Origin: Girardia tigrina
Taxonomy: Eukaryota
Reading direction: 5' to 3'
Length of the DNA: 56,909 nucleotides
NCBI GenBank assembly: GCA_001938485.1
Contig: MQRK01169664.1
Location: forward strand, 1-56,909
Position numbers and translations under genes: made by a program. Below, one piece after another: positions 52,100 through 56,909 of the stretch. The notes under the pieces are model-generated. The model saw only the letters and a program-made list of their open reading frames with translations. It made no database searches and was not told where the DNA came from. Each line of letters begins with the position of its first letter. Positions within the stretch are counted from its first letter, which is position 1.

Positions 52100-52930
52100 T
52101 ATTCTGCCGGCGATTAGGGGTAAGGTCGGGGCTGTAGGCAGGGTGTGGCCAAACCTCGATCACCTGCAGCTCTTGCACTTTACCATGAGTCGACATGCAG
52201 TATGTGCCAGAACTTTGTCTTGATGTAGAAGAACTCGGTTGCAATTGACTAATGCCGGGTAACGTTCACAGAGAATGGCGTAGACCCTGTCCAGCTGCTG
52301 AGTGTAGAGATTGGCACTCAAAGTACGCCCCTCCAGAACGAGCTAGAAGTGAATCACCCCTTCAAAATTCCCCCACACACAGAGCATAACTTTGCAATTG
52401 AAGCGTCCTTGTTTAACCACGGGTTGGGCGGGCATATCAGGAAATTATTGCAATTACGGAAAAATGTCCACTTTTCATCCTCCGTCACGATACTTCTGAA
52501 GAAGCGCCTGTCGTAGGAGTGAATGAGCAAATATTTGCAGAGATCAAGTCGTTGTTATGCTTGAGTGGCTGTCAGTTCGTGGGGAATTTATCTACATCGT
52601 TTATTAGCAGGTCAAGCTGATGAAGGTGACGTTGAATAGTGGGGTTAGAAGGACCAGGCTCTGCTATAATCTCCGCGTGCTGGTGCAAGGCTTCTCCTCC
52701 ATAGCTTGATGTTAAGTGTCATCAACAACCGATGATCGCAAAGAACGAGGTTGGACTTCCAAAATAACGTCACCACTAAAGAAACGCTTGAACCACAATT
52801 GTGACACACGAACACTGACCGTACCTTCGCCATCTACATCAAATATTTTACGGGTTGCAGCAACTGCTTTGAAGCATTTTTCCAGTACTGTTGCAAAAGA
52901 ACTCGAATTCCATAATTTTCGCTCTCCATA
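52100..52930 (-). mobile_element. Degenerate mariner transposase
   Basis: MESENYGIRVLL; GEGTVSVRVSQLWFKRF; PHEL; IVTEDEKW; WPHPAYSPDLTP. Confidence 0.85.
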
Positions 52931-53164
52931 ATCTGATAACAATAAACAAACAAACGTTTAATGAATAAGCCAACACTACACAAGGGGTTGAGAGAGAAAT
53001 TTGTAAAAAAAAACATTTAATTTTGAAACAAAATTCGCAAAAATCTTGTAATTGAGATTTGTTTTAGTGTCGAAAAACAGTATTGAATGTTGAGGTGCCA
53101 GCCACAGGACCGAGCTGTGGCGATCAGCATCTCTTTGTCATGCGGGAAGTGGTCACCTGGCGGA

Positions 53165-53700
53165 ATAGATTAACTTGAACAAGTTAAGAGTTTCAAGGAC
53201 TTAAGCTATATTATCACAGAGAAAGGAAGAATGAAAGGAAGAAATCAGAAACCGGATTGGTATTGCAACAAACTCAATGATAAAGCTTCGCACAGTTTAA
53301 CTTCAAAAACATCAAATTCAAGAGCATCACAAAGTCACTAAGGCAATTGTATGGGTGCTACAAGAAAATGATGAAGATCACGTGGAAAGAAAAATAAGAC
53401 AAACGACTTTGTCTGGAGGATAGTGACAGAAACATTAGGTAAAAGACTGAAATCAATAGAAGAGACCATCAAGATAATTCTACGAAAATAATATGAAAAA
53501 CAAGCGCTAGCGAAGGTTATGATTAAAAGAAGAGTTGACGATGAAAAACAAAAGAGACAAAAGACAGATGACTTAACAGAATGGATTGGATTGAACAAAG
53601 GAAGTCTGGGAAAAGAGGCTACAAATAGAGAGATGTAGTGAAGACTTATACATAAATGAGTTCACCAAAGGCCCAACGGCAAAGGTACAAAAGATGAAAG
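53165..53700 (+). mobile_element. RTE-like LINE, fragment downstream of RT
   Basis: LEQVKSFKDLSYIITEKG..(frameshift)EEIRTRIGIA; LYGC. Confidence 0.65.
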
Positions 53701-53914
53701 AAAGAATAATATTAATTTTGAAAATTCCAAAATTAAAGAAACAATAAATTAAGTATTTGTTTTTATATTTCATTCTCTTTATGTATTAATTTTTTTGTGT
53801 AAAAGAAAAATTGTTCCTCGAAAATTTGTTCAAAAACTTGTTATTGTGTTAAATTAATAAAACCGACTTTCACTGTTAATATCGAACATAACATATACTG
53901 TATAACAATGTAGT

Positions 53915-54445
53915 GCACCATTCTAAAAAAGATAGTACTTCTCAGGCATCGCCAAATATTAGTTTTTACAGGAAGAAAGTGACGTAGTGTATTTGGTGGG
54001 ATGTAAAGGACTAAGTCTTCTATGAGCTACTACCGAATAATCAGACTATCAACTCGTTCAAGTAATGTGAACAACTTGATATTCTGAAGACAGCTCTGGT
54101 ACAAAATCGGCCTGCCTTGTTTAATAGAAGAAGAATATATGTTCAACAAGATAATGCGCGACCACATACATTTGTAACCATCCTACAGAAGTTGGTATGA
54201 TGAATTTGGGATATCGTATCTAACCATTCATATAGACCGGATGTCGCACCATCTGACTACTATTCATCTGATCCCTACAAAATTATCAAAAAGAAAAAAT
54301 ATCAATTTTTTGAACGACATGAAAATTCATCTTGATAGATTTTCCGATAGTAAATACGAAGCCTTATAGAGAGATCACATTATGTCATTGTCTGACGTTT
54401 TGTCCAGATTGTTACAAAATAATGGACAATATATTTAATAATTAA
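53915..54445 (+). mobile_element. mariner 3' half, degenerate
   Basis: WWDVKG; YELLPNNQTINS; QQDNARPH; YRPDVAPSDYY; NNGQYI*. Confidence 0.85.
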
Positions 54446-54520
54446 AGTTTTTGTTCAATATTGTATTTTGGTTTGAATTTCCAAACTCGACCGCTCTATC
54501 TTCCACAATCCAAATCGATT

Positions 54521-54811
54521 ATGATGAATCAGATTTATAATTATTCATTTACCTTCAAATACATCATAATCAGCGATATCGGAGTCCGCAAGAGTTTCTT
54601 CATGCACCAGTTCACCGTGAAGAAATTTATTGCAAATTGTCCACATACGATCAGAATGGAATTCAGCTTGAGTATCATCAAAATCAACGTTGAGAAGATA
54701 GAACTGCAAATTTTGAATACTGCGAGATAAGAGCAGTCCCAGGCTGTAATGCGGTCGTATTATTGAGGTTTAGTGGGTGCTCTGCTCGTGAATCATGTAA
54801 CACACAACTAG
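54521..54811 (+). pseudogene. RAB14: RAB14 pseudogene fragment, intronless
   Basis: [43 protein letters not shown]...[27 protein letters not shown] aligns with the Rab14 N-half; P-loop destroyed, two stops. Confidence 0.9.
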
Positions 54812-55685
54812 TGTGAAATGTTTGAATGTTAAGTGTATTTGAATGTAGTGTGTTTATTTGGGATTATTTCTTTCCTGTACAGTTGGATGATTAATATTTT
54901 GATTCTTATTATCTAAAACTAATTTAATTTAAGTTTAATGTTTCAATTTAAATTTAATTTAAATTTTTAAACGAACAAAATCAATTTGATATTTTTACAA
55001 ATAATTAGAAGTCATTTTAATTTTATCCAAAAAAATTATGAGATATCTATTTTTTAATTTTTCAAGTAAAAAAAGTCATAAAATTTGAAAAAAAAGAAAT
55101 ATTAATCTATTGAATGATGCAAATTTACAAAAGCTTTGGTTATCATTGTCCAAAGGACAAATCAAATTGTTACAAATAATATGTCTAATAATATTAGTGT
55201 TGTTGGGAACCTGTTATTGATAATAATACAATGATAATCTGTACGAGCTAGTCAGGCAAACATACACGTAGTGTAACTGGGAAACTAGAATGGGTTCCAA
55301 TCTACCCCTAAACGAAAGTGTTTGAAAGAAAGCAGAATAATGGTCCTTAAACTCCGGTTAAAAGTCATAGAACTAGTAAGCCAGTAACCCACTTACGAGA
55401 CTAAGCTATTATTCTGAGTGTGAGGTCAGTTGAGCTGATCAGCCGTAATTATGATTGAGAACAGCTGTGAAGCATGGTGAACCCGCGAATGAAAGTGAGA
55501 AAGCATTTTTATGATATCTGATGAATCATTCAGTTTGAGCAATTTTGCTATGATGTTTGTAATCAGGCAGAAAAAAACTTTAACGATAGTCAGTTTGGGG
55601 GAAAAGCTTGAAGACACTATCAGCGTCCAAGACCTACTAAAGAACATTTGACTCAATAATGACAGTTTCAGTAGTGTTCTTAATA
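54812..55685 (+). mobile_element. Dispersed TGT...ATA element split near its 3' end by another insertion
   Basis: tgtgaaat start; diverged core; terminal gtgttcttaata reappears at 55674-55685. Confidence 0.7.
55201..55670. mobile_element. Candidate solo LTR (TG...CA, 470 bp)
   Basis: tgttgggaac...cagtttca, nested inside the element above; TSD not clean. Confidence 0.5.
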
Positions 55686-55860
55686 AATAATAATTAATTG
55701 AAATAGTAACAATTATTTATATGAGTAATGCTGAAACAGGACATTTGGACGCGGATATTATTTTATTATTATCAAAAGCTGATATCGTAATTAATAATCA
55801 CTTAAGTTCAAATAAATTTAAATGTCGTTCATATTAATGTTTTGTTTGGCTATATATATA

Positions 55861-56909
55861 AGGGTGAGCCAAAAGTCTTTTCGTATTTTTTTATTAAAAA
55901 TTTAAATATAATTTTTCAACAAATAAAAACATTTAAGTTTCAAAGTAAAGGCCATTTGAATCTATAGCTTGAACCCATCTATGGGCAAGTTGTGCGATCC
56001 CACTGCGGTACCAATCCTTGTTCTTAGAAGCGAAGAACTGGTGACACCCGTTTTCGACCTCGGCCAGATTATTGANNNNNNNNNNNNNNNNNNNNNNNGC
56101 CATAGAGCGGAAAAGGTGATAGTCGGATGGCGCAAGATCCGGACTATACGCTGGGTGTGGAAGAAGTTCAAAGGCGTCGAGATTTTTGATTTTTTCCTTT
56201 GTTTATTTGGCGGTGTGCGGTTTTGCATTGTCCTGTTGTAGAAGAACTCGCTTTCGATTGATCAAAGAGGGGTAATTCTCGCCAAGTGACATTCGGTCAA
56301 GTAGGGCGCAGTAAAGGTCAGAGTCGATGGTACGACAATTGGGAACCAGCTCGAAGTGAGCTTGCCAAGAGCGTGAAGGTGTCGTACAATAGATGTTTGA
56401 GGAATATCGAGTTCGGCTGACAATCTGCGAGTACTTATTGACGGATTTGTCTCGACGGCTTCACGAATTACTCCGGAATCTACGGTGATGGGTCGGTCTG
56501 AACGTGCATTGTCTCCGAGGTCAATGTCGCCTTCGTTGAACCTTTTGAACCAATTTTGTGCAGTACGATTTGAGACCACATTATCGCCTTCAACTTCGTA
56601 TATCTTCTTTGTTGNNNNNNNNNNNNNNNNNNNNNNNNNNNNNNNNNNNNNNNNNNNNNNNNNNTAGCTTGAACCCATCTATGGGCAAGTTGTGCGATCC
56701 CACTGCGGTACCAATCCTTGTTCTTAGAAGCGAAGAACTGGTGACACCCGTTTTCGACCTCGGCCAGATTATTGAAGCTGCGAACACGACGAAAGTGTGC
56801 CATAGAGCGGAAAAGGTGATAGTCGGATGGCGCAAGATCCGGACTATACGCTGGGTGTGGAAGAAGTTCAAAGGCGTCGAGATTTTTGATTTTTTCCTTT
56901 GTTTATTTG
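55861..56909 (-). mobile_element. mariner, tangled assembly (3' part present twice)
   Basis: HPTITFS is frameshifted PSDYHLF; NRTAQNWFKRF...RSDRP; 55965-56206 repeated at 56665-56909 across gaps. Confidence 0.85.

Noticed and set aside
12213-55685. Recurrent CTCTCCTACCCAGATGG read as a CRISPR-like repeat
   Set aside because: Dispersed over kilobases on both strands, embedded in longer homologous units with TSDs, in a eukaryotic context with no cas genes

Overview
Very AT-rich, draft-quality (about 10 N gaps) eukaryotic, probably metazoan, genomic DNA; the species cannot be identified from the sequence. The only apparently intact host genes are two tandem paralogues of a 3-exon LicD/fukutin-family type II membrane phosphotransferase. 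Copy A spans 9137-19074 (end of exon 1 in a gap) and copy B spans 36492-50083 (289 aa when spliced). Their exons are 93-98% identical by hand count, while the intron interiors carry different insertions. The rest is dense transposon debris: at least 9 Tc1/mariner-superfamily elements (DD34D, DD34E, DD40D), pogo/Tigger, Ty3/Gypsy remnants, Penelope-like GIY-YIG remnants (one with a decayed minimal hammerhead ribozyme and a 5' inversion), an RTE-like LINE, hAT, HINE-like elements and a CCC-ended EnSpm-like element. There are also dead fragments of host genes (SIAH, RAB14, METTL13, possibly an FG-GAP repeat). The most striking unexplained structure is a dispersed 410-530 bp non-coding element, present about 12 times. 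It has TGT...ATA ends, 5-bp target-site duplications and a conserved CTCTCCTACCCAGATGG core. All comparisons were made by eye; no searches were run.
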